NCBI GenBank assembly: GCA_030647005.1 | Contig: JAUSKG010000034.1 | Location: 4,050-68,049, forward strand | Reading direction: 5' to 3' | DNA length: 64,000 bases | Origin: a bacterium | GTDB lineage: Bacteria > Patescibacteriota > Patescibacteriia > JACPHY01 | Shown here: one piece after another, positions 55,476-64,000 of the stretch | How the letters are laid out: each line of letters opens with the position of its first letter | Position numbering within the stretch: the stretch's first letter is position 1 | Made by a program: the position numbers and the translations under genes | The notes under the pieces: generated by a model | The model's input: the letters and a program-made list of their open reading frames with translations, nothing else | Database searches by the model: none | What the model was told of the DNA's origin: nothing

Positions 55476-55563
55476 ACGGAGGGGGAGGGATTCGAACCCT
55501 CGATACCCTTGCGGGTATACAGGTTTTCGAGACCTGCTCCTTCAACCTCTCGGACACCCCTCC
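55476..55563 (-). tRNA. tRNA-Ser (anticodon CGA), type II with long variable arm
   Basis: Reverse complement folds as acceptor GGAGGGG/CCCCTCC, D-arm, anticodon loop CTCGAAA, long variable arm CCTGTATACCCGCAAGGGTATCGAG, T-arm GAGGGTTCGAATCCCTC, discriminator G. Confidence 0.85.
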
Positions 55564-55688
55564 ATCCTTGGCGCTATCGCGCCAGCTTCGGTCACAGGAC
55601 AAGCATAGCGTAGCGCATTGCGTCGCGGGAATCAACTCATGGAGAGACCGTTGAAAAAGTCCGAACATGCACCATCTGCCTGTCCGAT

Positions 55689-55764
55689 GTAGCGGAAACC
55701 TTTAGGTTTCCACGTACAGCGCGAGACGGATGGAGGTCTGAAGACCTCCGCTACACCATTTTTT
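55689..55764. repeat. structured repeat copy 2 (shorter variant, ends in T-run)
   Basis: GTAGCGGAAACC-TTTA-GGTTTCC...GGAGGTC-TGAA-GACCTCC-GCTACACCATTTTTT. Confidence 0.5.
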
Positions 55765-55772
55765 CAACGGTC

Positions 55773-57133
55773 TCACGGAGAGAATTCACGCGTAGGCACA
55801 AGCGGGAGCGTGCCGAGGGCGAGGAGGGTCCAGAACTGGATGGCGAGGTCGTTCTTGAATGTGGGGATGTCCACGAGGCCGAAGATGAGCAGTGCACACA
55901 TCGCTGCGATGATGGACGCGGAGCGCCACGTTGCGAACGCGCGGGTGAAGAACACGATGAGGAGCACGAGGAAGATGAGGAGCCCGAGGAGCCCGAGCTC
56001 TGACCACACGGCGAGGAGGAGATTATGCGGATACACGAACGTCTCGACATCCTGCTTCTCCTTGTACTGCTGGATGGCGATGGGGTAGCCAGCGAGTCCG
56101 GCACCGCGGACGGGATGGTCGGCAAGGAGCCCCCACATCTCGCGGTACTGCGAGAGCCGCACGCTGCCAGACCACTGCTGGAACGTGAGCTTCTGCCACA
56201 CCGTACTCCCGTCCCGCGGCCGCTCGGGCTGGAACGGCAGCCATGCGGTGATGAGGAGGCACGCCGCAACCCACCCAACGACAATCGTCACCGCAATCCC
56301 GCGCGCATGTCGCGCGACGAACGACTTCCACACTTTGAACGCGACGAGCGCGATGAAGCCCGCGACGACCGCAACCATTGCCCCCGCGCCTCTCGTGAAG
56401 AACACCGCCGCAATCGCCGCGATGCCGACGAGGAACAGGAAGATGAGCGCGAGCACGGAGTGCACGATGCTCTGTTCCCCCACCTCTTCTAGAGGGGGGG
56501 TGTTCGCCGCCGCGTAATCGCCACCATCCCGAACGCGAGCGGCACGAGCGGCGCGAGGTACAACCCCACCGCATTCGGGTATCCGAACACGCTCGTCACG
56601 CGCCGCGTCGCGACATCGAACCACGGGAACGGAATCCCGTAGCCGCTCCAGTGCTGCCAGATCGCCACTCCCGCAACGCCCGCTGCGCCAACGAGGATCG
56701 GCAATACGATGGTGCGGAGCGGACTGAAAATGTTGAGTGCCCGAATCACAAAATACGCCAACACCGGCTCCACGATGTACGCCTTCCAGATACCCCACGC
56801 CGCCGCCCCCGCATCCGACCACATCGCCGCGAGCAACCCCGCGACAACCCAGAGCACCGCGAGCACGACCATGCGATCCGCAAACGGCGACGCCGCCGCT
56901 ATAGTCCTCCCCCTCATCTTGAGGGGGAGCGAGAGGGGGTGTCCCCCCCGCCCACACCCCAGCACCACCACCGCCAATACCAACACCATTCCTTCCAACA
57001 GCGTCATCGGAATCCCAAGCACCTCGAACCGCACGAGGTACGTCGGCAGCAACGCGAGGAGTACCCCGAGTGCAAGACGGGGGCGATACCAGGCAACAGC
57101 GGCGTAGGGGAGGAGCGCGAGGGCGTAGGGCAT
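55773..57133 (-). pseudogene. O-antigen ligase / Wzy_C-family membrane protein split by a -1 frameshift in a G7 homopolymer (possible phase-variable gene or sequencing error)
   Basis: The N-terminal half (frame A, 56489..57133) ends ...GMVAITRRRTPPL*. The C-terminal half (frame B) has the Wzy_C/WaaL signature RLSQYREMWGLLADHPVRGAGLAGYPI...YPHNLLLAVWSELGLLGLL. The two frames meet at the tract GGGGGGG 56495..56501. Adding one G would fuse them into a single ~450-aa ORF. Start ATG is 1 nt after the upstream flippase stop. Confidence 0.6.
56907..56942. repeat. 36-nt dispersed repeat copy 3 (inside the N-terminal part of the O-antigen ligase-like gene, encoding HPLSLPLKMRG)
   Basis: Identical, bar one G, to copy 1 at 8927..8963. 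Confidence 0.55.
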
Positions 57134-57134
57134 A

Positions 57135-58673
57135 CTACGACGCGCGGAACGCGACGACCATCCGGCGCGTCCATGGAATAAGGAGTACGGCCGCACCGTA
57201 CGCGATCACCCCGAGTGCTACGCGCGGGATGATGTGCCACGCGGGAACCGCGAGGACGGCGAGCGCCATGAGACCGGAGGCGAGGAGCGCGGCGACGGGG
57301 ATGCGGAGGTCCAGGCGCACTGCGGACGTACGGCGCACGACGGCGAACGTCGCAACGGCGATAGCGATCTCGGACGCGACGGTCATCCACGCAGCGCCCC
57401 AGTACGAGTAGCGCGGGATGAAGACGAAGTAGCCGATGAGCGTGACCGCGGCCACTGCAGCGTACCCCCAGAGCATCGCACGCTGCCGCTCGAGCGCGAC
57501 GATCGCGTAGCCGAACGGCTGGCCGAGGAAGATGCCCAGGAGCGCGAGCGACAGCACGCCGAGAATCGGACCGGACACCGCGAAGTCGCTCCCCGCCACG
57601 AACGCCATGATCGGCGTGCCCAGTGCCAGGGCACCCGCGGCGAGCGGGAATCCGAGGAACGCGAGCCCGTCGAACACGCGCTGGAGGCGATGCCGGAACG
57701 CCGCGCGATCACCCGTTGCCCACGCCGCCGCGAGGAGCGGGAGCACGAGCCCCATGACGAGGTGCGGGAACTGCGTGACGACATCGAGGAGGCGGTACGG
57801 CGCGGCGTAGATGCCCACCTCCTCCTCCGGCCGCACGAACGAGAGGATGACGGTGTCCGCGCGGAGGTAGACGAGGTTGAAGATGATGGAGAGCGCGACG
57901 GGCCAGCTCTTCGTCAGGATGCGCTTCCAGAGCGGGAAGTCGAACGCGAGCCGGACGCGCACGATGCGCTGCGCGGCGATGAACGTGATGGCGAACATCG
58001 CAACGTTGCCGATGACCGTCGCCCACACCATCGGGAGGATACCCATCCCCCGCCACGCGGCGAACGCGACGCCCGCCGTGAGCAGCGCGCGACCCGCGAC
58101 ATCCGCGATAGCCGGCCAGACCATCCGCTGCGCCACCTGGAACGGTGCCAAGAGAATCTGGTGGAGCACGATGCCGAGGAACGAGAACGTCGCCGCCGCG
58201 ATGCCGACGCGCACCACGGGATCGTACACGGGAATGACGAAAGCCACCGCCGCAGCCGCCGCGAACACCACAACCGCCACGGTGAGGCGCATGGTGAAGA
58301 TGTTGGAGAGCAGGACCGCTCGTTCGTCATTTCGACCGAGCGAATCCGATGCGGTCGCGGAGAAACCTCGTTCCGCCGCGGAGATCTCTCGACTCGAATA
58401 CTCGCTCGAGATGACGAAAGAAGAGGAATCACTCGCTCGAGATGACGAGGAGGAGAGCCGTCCCAACTCGCTCGGCGCGAGGACATTCAACCCCAAATCC
58501 ACCGCAACGCCGAAGAGCTGGAGATATGCCATGATCGTGGCGTACTTCCCGTACCCCGCGAGGCCGAGCGCGCGCGTGATAATCGCGATCGCCGCTACCC
58601 CAAACGCAATCCCCGCGAGCTTCCCCGCGAGCTGGATGCCGGACTGCGAAATGATCCGCCGTGTCATGGTCAT
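57135..58673 (-). CDS. Wzx-like oligosaccharide flippase / polysaccharide biosynthesis protein (MOP superfamily) with Ser-rich in-frame insertion
   Basis: 512 aa with ~14 TM helices and flippase-like composition. An inserted ~45-aa Ser-rich segment SSSSSRASDSSSFVISSEYSSREISAAERGFSATASDSLGRNDER is encoded by a TCATTTCGAG-subfamily palindromic element. Confidence 0.6.
   Translation of the reverse strand: MTMTRRIISQSGIQLAGKLAGIAFGVAAIAIITRALGLAGYGKYATIMAYLQLFGVAVDLGLNVLAPSELGRLSSSSSRASDSSSFVISSEYSSREISAAERGFSATASDSLGRNDERAVLLSNIFTMRLTVAVVVFAAAAAVAFVIPVYDPVVRVGIAAATFSFLGIVLHQILLAPFQVAQRMVWPAIADVAGRALLTAGVAFAAWRGMGILPMVWATVIGNVAMFAITFIAAQRIVRVRLAFDFPLWKRILTKSWPVALSIIFNLVYLRADTVILSFVRPEEEVGIYAAPYRLLDVVTQFPHLVMGLVLPLLAAAWATGDRAAFRHRLQRVFDGLAFLGFPLAAGALALGTPIMAFVAGSDFAVSGPILGVLSLALLGIFLGQPFGYAIVALERQRAMLWGYAAVAAVTLIGYFVFIPRYSYWGAAWMTVASEIAIAVATFAVVRRTSAVRLDLRIPVAALLASGLMALAVLAVPAWHIIPRVALGVIAYGAAVLLIPWTRRMVVAFRAS
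58314..58408. repeat. TCATTTCGAG-subfamily palindromic element inserted in frame in the flippase gene
   Basis: GTCATTTCGACCGAGCGAATCCG...GAGAAACCTC...GAGATCTCTC...CGCTCGAGATGACGAAAG. Same architecture as the intergenic copy 49524..49675. A second partial right terminus lies at 58418..58441. Confidence 0.65.
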
Positions 58674-59022
58674 AATCCCAAAGCTTGAGGAGCACCTCCA
58701 TTCTATGGTATACTGATACTAGGTGCTAGTTCGAGTTCGCTCGGTTGAGCGAAACGGAATGCGACCCGCTCCAAAGCATTGAGCGAGTTGCTCCGAAAAA
58801 ACCAACAGCCACACCAACATGGGTATCCCCGACCTCGCGCAGCGCGTCGGTGGCCTCGAGCCGAACGCTGACGCGACTTTCACCACCGGACAGCTCACCT
58901 TTGCCGATCTCACGGGCGGCGCGTCCGCGCAGTTCGTTGGTGCCGGTAGCACGCTCGTGAACGCCGCGTCGGTCTCGCGTGCATGCCGCATCGAAATCGG
59001 ATGGAAGACGTGCCGGAAGCAG

Positions 59023-60597
59023 ATGCCTATGGCTCCTCAGCGTGGCGCAACGCTCGCAGCGTCCGCGGCAACCATTGCCGTGGCGCTTGTTTGTGTCCTG
59101 GCAGTATCGTACTGGCTCACGCTCATCGAGCGCCGCATTGATGCATCCATGAGCACGCGCGAAGCCGTCCACACGATCCTTGGCATTGAGACCGCGTATG
59201 CCGCAGGCGAGCGCGCGCCGCTCCTCATTCGCTCGCACCACATGCCTGTCACGATCACTGCGGGCGACACCGTGAACCTCTCCCTCGGATTCAAGAACGA
59301 GAGCACGTTTACCTGGAAGCGCGGCATGGGTTCCACCGCGATCCTCGAACGACTCACGCCGAACGCGCCCAGCCGGCTCATGGCGGACAACTGGATTGAT
59401 ACGATGCGCGCGACATTCCAGGATGAGGACGCCCTCGCCATTGGATCACTCGCGCTCTTCACCGCGTCGTTCCGCGCGCCGATGGAGGCGGGGACGTACA
59501 CGGACACCTTCGTCCTCCGCACGCTCGATGGTCGCACGCTCGATGGATCGGAGACCGAGGTGACGATGGTCGTCACGCCGTCGCTCTCCATCACCACCGC
59601 GCAGACCTCAATCCCGCAGGACGCGACCGCCCCATCCACCATCCTCGCCGCCGCAGGCACCGATGGTACCGATCCGTTCTTCGTTGCCGAGATCATTCGC
59701 TACCCCGAGGAGCCCAAAATTCGCGTGGGTATTGAGTACATGGAGCCAAAGGAGAGCGTCTGGTTCCCGCACGTTGTCACCTCCAAGAGTGCCTTCCGTG
59801 TGATCGAGGAGAGCGGCAACGAGGTCCTCGTGGCAAAAGCAAACGAGAGCGTCGCGGTGGACTACAAGCCGTCCGATGGCACCTACCGCCTCAAGTACGG
59901 CACGGATTGGTACACGCTCGACGAGCCGCTCCGATTCATTCCGGTGGAGAGCGGCGCGCTCATGCAGCTCCCCTACTACACGGATAAGCTCTCCTGGGAG
60001 GGCAACACCGCGGACAACATCTTCCGCGGCATTCTCGAGGTACGGTACGTCCCGCACACGGATCGGCTCTGGGCGATCAATGAGCTTGGCCTTGAGGACT
60101 ACCTCCGCGGTCTCGTCGAGACGAGCGACTCGGCACACCCCGAGTTCCACAAAGCCCAGGTGGTGGCCGCGCGCTCGTTCGCGCTCTACCACATCGAGCA
60201 GGGCGGCAAGTACCCGAAGGGCGAGTTCATCCTGCGCAACGATGCGCGTGATCAGGTATACCGCGGCGAGAACGCGGCACAGCGACGGCCGCGCCTCACG
60301 GAGGCCGTCGCAGCAACACGCGGCATCGTGGTGACGTACGGCGGCGATGTCGCCGTCACACCGTACTTCGCGCAGTCGAACGGCGCCACGAAGGGCTGGC
60401 ACGAGGTTTGGGGCGGTGCCACGAAGGGCTGGCTCACCGGCGTGTCCGATCCGGTCTGCGCCGGCAAGCGCGAACTCGGCCACGGCGTGGGCCTCGCCCA
60501 GCGCTGCGCCATGGAGCTCGCCAACCAGGGCTGGGTCTGGCAGTCCATCCTCCACCACTACTACCAGGGCATCCAGCTCCGAAAGATCTACGAGTAG
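59023..60597 (+). CDS. SpoIID/LytB-domain protein (peptidoglycan-active)
   Basis: Start MPMAPQRGATLAASAATIAVALVCVLAV (TM anchor). C-terminal half has AHPEFHKAQVVAARSFALYH...RNDARDQVYRGENAAQ...VVTYGGDVAVTPYF, typical of SpoIID/LytB. Confidence 0.7.
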   Translation: MPMAPQRGATLAASAATIAVALVCVLAVSYWLTLIERRIDASMSTREAVHTILGIETAYAAGERAPLLIRSHHMPVTITAGDTVNLSLGFKNESTFTWKRGMGSTAILERLTPNAPSRLMADNWIDTMRATFQDEDALAIGSLALFTASFRAPMEAGTYTDTFVLRTLDGRTLDGSETEVTMVVTPSLSITTAQTSIPQDATAPSTILAAAGTDGTDPFFVAEIIRYPEEPKIRVGIEYMEPKESVWFPHVVTSKSAFRVIEESGNEVLVAKANESVAVDYKPSDGTYRLKYGTDWYTLDEPLRFIPVESGALMQLPYYTDKLSWEGNTADNIFRGILEVRYVPHTDRLWAINELGLEDYLRGLVETSDSAHPEFHKAQVVAARSFALYHIEQGGKYPKGEFILRNDARDQVYRGENAAQRRPRLTEAVAATRGIVVTYGGDVAVTPYFAQSNGATKGWHEVWGGATKGWLTGVSDPVCAGKRELGHGVGLAQRCAMELANQGWVWQSILHHYYQGIQLRKIYE

Positions 60598-60681
60598 GAA
60601 GCATCGCGACGAAAAACCACCGGAAACTCCATCCGGTGGTTTTTCTGATGCTCGACCCATGACGGCGCGTCGGTGCGGAAC

Positions 60682-60784
60682 GGGAGGGGGTAAACCCCTC
60701 CCCTACGGGGTACGCGCAACGCAAGGAGGATGAGATGCCCAATCGCCACGGGAATCGCGTAGGGGCGGGTTTTATACCCGCCCG
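60682..60784 (+). repeat. composite hairpin repeat copy (GGGAGGGGGTAAACCCCTCCCCTACGG ... GCGTAGGGGCGGGTTTTATACCCGCCCG)
   Basis: Same two hairpins in the same order as the reverse-oriented copy at 40546..40650. Confidence 0.5.
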
Positions 60785-60833
60785 TCCGGATGGCCCAAAA
60801 ACAGCGTAGGCCTAGGATATTCTATGTGCCTCT

Positions 60834-60867
60834 GTCATTTCTCGCTAGCGGACTCGCTCGAAATGAC
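60834..60867. repeat. mini palindromic element GTCATTTCTCGCTAGCGGACTCGCTCGAAATGAC
   Basis: Carries only the TCATTTC...GAAATGAC termini around a short core. Confidence 0.5.
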
Positions 60868-61061
60868 AAAGAAAAAAGGTTGGAATCACACAATAGTAAC
60901 GATCTCCATGAGTTCTACGGTTGCATATTTGCTCCGTTGAGCCAAGCACTTGACAATCTGCCAAAAATATGGTCTACTGATTAGTCCCGCTGCACTGCTG
61001 CAGCGTGGTCCGTGCCGGATTGCGGCGCGCTTTCCCAATCGAACAGATAGAGGAGTCCGAG

Positions 61062-62489
61062 ATGAGAATCATGCTCGCTTGTGTTCTCGCGGTGGCAGGT
61101 GGCTGCGCCGCGGTCGGCACGCAACACGTAGCAAACAACACCGGAAGCTGCGACATCGTTGTGGCGATCGCGGCGGACGGGCGCAGTGCGCTGTACAAGG
61201 ATCTGAGCGCCGAAGGCGGAACGGATGCGGTCGGCAACAACGTGTGCGTCGGCGAGGTGAGCGTCGCCTGGGACGCGAGCTACGAGGCCCGCGCCCAAAC
61301 GCTCGATTCCGCGGAGCTCCGCTCCGCGATCGCCGAGTCCGTCGCCGCGTACCGCGAAGTCCTCGCGGCGAACACGGGGCACCTCCACGAGATGCACGCG
61401 CTGGACATCGGGATCGCCATGTGTCGCTTCGAGAGCTACACCACCGATCGCGCCCAATCCACGGGCTCGATGAAGCGCGTGCGCACCGCCGTGGCCACCG
61501 GTAGCGGGGACCTCGGCGGACCCGGATACCTCGCCCTGTTGCTCAATCGCGCGGTGGCGCTGCACGATGTGGATGCCGCGCAATCGTTAGCGACGCTGTT
61601 CCACGAACAGGCCGTCGCGGTGCATGGCGCGCACACCAACTACGCGCACCCGGGGGCCTGCGCCCGGGTCGCGGAGTCCGCGTATCGCAATGAGCTGCAG
61701 ACCCTCCTGCGGAGCGGGCGCGAAACCCTCGTGCCGGAGATCATGCCGCAATTCGCGTTCCTCCTCGGCAACATGCCGTGGCACATCTCGCAGAACGACA
61801 TCGTCGAGCAAGTCATCAGCGAGAAGCTCCGCGCGCTCGACTTCGCCGCGGTGGATCGCATCGCCGCCGCCATGGGCGTGGAACACGCTTCCATGGCCGG
61901 CCTCGCCGAGGCCGCGCTCAGGGAAGCGTACCGCCACGCGTTCATCGAGCGCGACCTCTCCGAGCGTCCCGCGAATGTCGTCGCCATCGGGGAGCACTAC
62001 GGCTTCGACGAACGGTCGTACTCCTGGGCGCGGACGTACGGCTACGCCGATGCCGCGAACGCGCGATGGGCATCCATCGAAGCCGTCCTCCCGGACCTCC
62101 CGCATGAGAGTCGCGTGGAGGTTGCGAACGACCGCATCGTTGGCGAGCGATGGAGCAGAAGCATCACCGTGGACACGCTACGCGAAGTACACCGCTTCAT
62201 GCAACTCGCCGGCGTGACGGTTCCGGATGTACGTTTCAACCTCGCCATGGCACTCATCGGCAGCGTCGAGGCGGAGAACGAGAACCTCGAACTCGCCGTC
62301 GCGTACGCGGCGCAGCACATGGGCGTCACGCCGGATCAACTCTGGAACGAGGACACATGTACGCGCTTCGCTCCGGAAGAGAATACGGTGAGGACTGGCG
62401 CATGGGAGCTGCGCTGCGGTGACGCACTGGAACGCGCCCGTCGCAGCGCCCGCCTGCACCCCGAAAAGATCGTCCCGCTCCCGCTCTGA
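61062..62489 (+). CDS. putative lipoprotein, hypothetical
   Basis: Start MRIMLACVLAVAGGCAAV (lipobox VAGGC) with an AGAGGAG SD. ~475 aa. Confidence 0.5.
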   Translation: MRIMLACVLAVAGGCAAVGTQHVANNTGSCDIVVAIAADGRSALYKDLSAEGGTDAVGNNVCVGEVSVAWDASYEARAQTLDSAELRSAIAESVAAYREVLAANTGHLHEMHALDIGIAMCRFESYTTDRAQSTGSMKRVRTAVATGSGDLGGPGYLALLLNRAVALHDVDAAQSLATLFHEQAVAVHGAHTNYAHPGACARVAESAYRNELQTLLRSGRETLVPEIMPQFAFLLGNMPWHISQNDIVEQVISEKLRALDFAAVDRIAAAMGVEHASMAGLAEAALREAYRHAFIERDLSERPANVVAIGEHYGFDERSYSWARTYGYADAANARWASIEAVLPDLPHESRVEVANDRIVGERWSRSITVDTLREVHRFMQLAGVTVPDVRFNLAMALIGSVEAENENLELAVAYAAQHMGVTPDQLWNEDTCTRFAPEENTVRTGAWELRCGDALERARRSARLHPEKIVPLPL

Positions 62490-62549
62490 GGGAGCACCAA
62501 AAACGCCCCAGCACCATCACGGTGCTGGGGCGTTCTCTTGCGCCATCGC

Positions 62550-63119
62550 TCACGGGGTGGTCACCGGAGGTGGCGGCATCGCGTCGCTGTGGTGGAACCG
62601 CCGATCAACATCCGCCATCTCCAGGATGAACGTGCGAACCGCGTTGGGGTCGGGGACATCTTCGAGTAAGAACCGCTCGGTTGCAGCGGCGGTCTGCACG
62701 TGGACGTTGCCGTAGTTGAAGAACGTGGGGAACACGCCGCGCACGTCTGTCGTGACGTCCTGCACGCGCCAGAGGTCGAGCTCGGCAACGGTCCGCGCGA
62801 AGAGCCCGTGCTGCTCCATGGAGACGAGCCGATCGTTCGTGATGACCCAGAGGTCCAGCTCGTAGTCAATGAACATCGTGAAGAAGACGAGCCACATCGA
62901 GAGCTCGAACGCGCCAAAACCCAGCACGAGCGCGGGGTACGCCACGGGGTGCGCGAGGATTGCCGGAACGTTCACGCGGAGAAAGACGAACAGCCCGAAG
63001 GGGATCGCGGCGAGCGCGGCCCAGACGATCACGCGCTTGAGGAGCAAGAGCCAGTGCCGCCGGAGCTCGAGGACGCGCGTCTCGTATGCCTTCTGATGGA
63101 TGAGTGTTGAGATGTTCAT
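62550..63119 (-). CDS. membrane protein, possibly bacterial PH (bPH_2/DUF304-like) domain
   Basis: Start MNISTLIHQKAYETRVLELRRHWLLLLKRVIVWAALAAIPFGLFVFL: two TM helices followed by a soluble domain. The track ORF extends into repeat copy G. Its start overlaps the upstream stop (ATGA). Confidence 0.4.
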   Translation of the reverse strand: MNISTLIHQKAYETRVLELRRHWLLLLKRVIVWAALAAIPFGLFVFLRVNVPAILAHPVAYPALVLGFGAFELSMWLVFFTMFIDYELDLWVITNDRLVSMEQHGLFARTVAELDLWRVQDVTTDVRGVFPTFFNYGNVHVQTAAATERFLLEDVPDPNAVRTFILEMADVDRRFHHSDAMPPPPVTTP

Positions 63120-63373
63120 AGCGAGATGCGTGACGGCGCGCGGAGCGTCAGACCCTGGAGCAGTGGCCGTGACCAGTCCACATCGCGCAGGAGCGTGAAC
63201 GTGCCCCACATGACGACGGATACTCCGGCCAGAAAGAGGAAGAGGGCGACGTAGTTGCGCGTGCCATACGTCCCGAACTTCACCATGTGCCAGATCGCGG
63301 CGAGCGCGAGCACGCCGAAGAGTACGAGGAAGCCGTAGAAGAGGTAGAGGAGATGGATGAGGGTGAGGGTCAT
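63116..63373 (-). CDS. small membrane protein, hypothetical
   Basis: Start MTLTLIHLLYLFYGFLVLFGVLALAAIW. ~85 aa. Confidence 0.4.
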   Translation of the reverse strand: MTLTLIHLLYLFYGFLVLFGVLALAAIWHMVKFGTYGTRNYVALFLFLAGVSVVMWGTFTLLRDVDWSRPLLQGLTLRAPSRISL

Positions 63374-63386
63374 AAAACAATCCTGT

Positions 63387-63520
63387 GTCATTGCGAACCG
63401 AGTCCGCGAGGTGTGGCAATCCCGGTCATCAGCAGACCCATCCGACAACAACGGCACGCGCATTCGTCCTGTGATGACCGGGATTGCCGCGTCGCTCGCG
63501 GACTCACTCCTCGCAATGAC
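63387..63520. repeat. MITE-like palindromic element copy G (variant core, as copy E)
   Basis: GTCATTGCGAACCGAGTCCGCGAGGTGTGGCAATCCCGGTCAT-CAGCAGACCCATCCGACAACAACGG...-ATGACCGGGATTGCCGCGTCGCTCGCGGACTCACTCCTCGCAATGAC. Confidence 0.85.
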
Positions 63521-63539
63521 AGAAGCAAGAGGATTCGCT

Positions 63540-64000
63540 TTAGAGGAGCGTTGCTACTCCAGCGGGAATGGGGATACCGAGGTGCTCGTACGCGCGCGGG
63601 GTTGCGATGCGGCCGCGGGGGGTGCGGTCGAGGAAGCCGAGCTGGAGGAGGAAGGGTTCGTAGACCTCCTCGATGGTCGCGGCCTCCTGATTGGTGGCGG
63701 CGGCGATCGTGGAGAGGCCGACGGGACCGCCGGCGAACTTCTCGATGATGGTGGTGAGGATGGTGCGGTCGAGCGCGTCGAGGCCGAGCGCGTCCACCTC
63801 GAGCTGCGCGAGTGCCGCGTGCGCGAGTGCGAGCTGCACCTGCCCATCGCCCTTCACCTCCGCGTAGTCACGCACGCGCTTGAGGAGGCGATTCGCGATG
63901 CGCGGCGTTGCGCGCGCACGCTTCGCGAGCTCATCGCGCGCATCGGTGGCGAGGCGCACACCAAGGATGCGTGCGGAGCGTTCGAGGATCGCGGCGATCT
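63540..64000 (-). CDS. ruvB: Holliday-junction branch-migration helicase RuvB (C-terminal part; 5' end beyond the window)
   Basis: ...[45 protein letters not shown]...[28 protein letters not shown] is canonical RuvB C-terminus. The frame stays open to position 64000. Confidence 0.85.
   Translation of the reverse strand, partial: IAAILERSARILGVRLATDARDELAKRARATPRIANRLLKRVRDYAEVKGDGQVQLALAHAALAQLEVDALGLDALDRTILTTIIEKFAGGPVGLSTIAAATNQEAATIEEVYEPFLLQLGFLDRTPRGRIATPRAYEHLGIPIPAGVATLL

Overview
The window is a 64-kb, high-GC (about 65-70 %) bacterial chromosomal segment that is densely coding. One exception is a roughly 0.8-kb lower-GC island at 6.6-7.4 kb. Gene content suggests a Candidate Phyla Radiation / Patescibacteria (Parcubacteria-like) genome, though this is an inference from sequence features, not a database hit. 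The indicators are a tandem array of seven small TrbC/VirB2-type (T4SS-pilin-like) membrane proteins with a GGFLWMT motif; two DUF5667-like proteins, one a 2683-aa surface protein with about 14 CARDB-like repeats and PKD domains; very few metabolic genes; and many cell-envelope glycan genes. Housekeeping genes recognised are rpsO-NYN-pnp, a XerC/D-family recombinase, lspA, a DksA/TraR zinc-finger protein, galU, uppP, a SpoIID/LytB protein, the ruvB 3' end, and tRNA-Arg(TCT), tRNA-His(GTG) and tRNA-Ser(CGA). Two loci are rich in envelope-polysaccharide genes (17.8-26.5 kb and 55.8-58.7 kb). They encode GT2 glycosyltransferases (one fused to a SAM-methyltransferase), several polytopic GT-C-like membrane proteins, a Wzx-like flippase and a frameshifted O-antigen-ligase-like gene. 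The most unusual finding is a dense family of short palindromic MITE-like repeats with termini GTCATT(G/T)CGAG...CTCG(C/A)AATGAC, at least 13 copies or fragments in the window. Three copies sit in frame inside coding genes (the GT2, a DUF2079-like membrane protein, and the flippase). This mirrors Rickettsia palindromic elements, and all three hosts are surface-glycan genes. Other dispersed structured repeats are present: a ~95-nt element whose hairpin shows a compensatory base change between its two copies, a composite GC-hairpin element, a 26-nt element that tends to lie 3' of genes, and a 36-nt element. Further candidates are a two-gene module pairing a GHKL ATPase (with a (GGSGG)n linker encoded by a 15-bp tandem repeat) with a protein containing about four HTH modules; two large tandem paralogous hypothetical proteins (49.8-53.2 kb); and a G7 homopolymer frameshift in the O-antigen ligase-like gene that could be phase variation. 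No CRISPR array, rRNA or recognisable transposase was seen.
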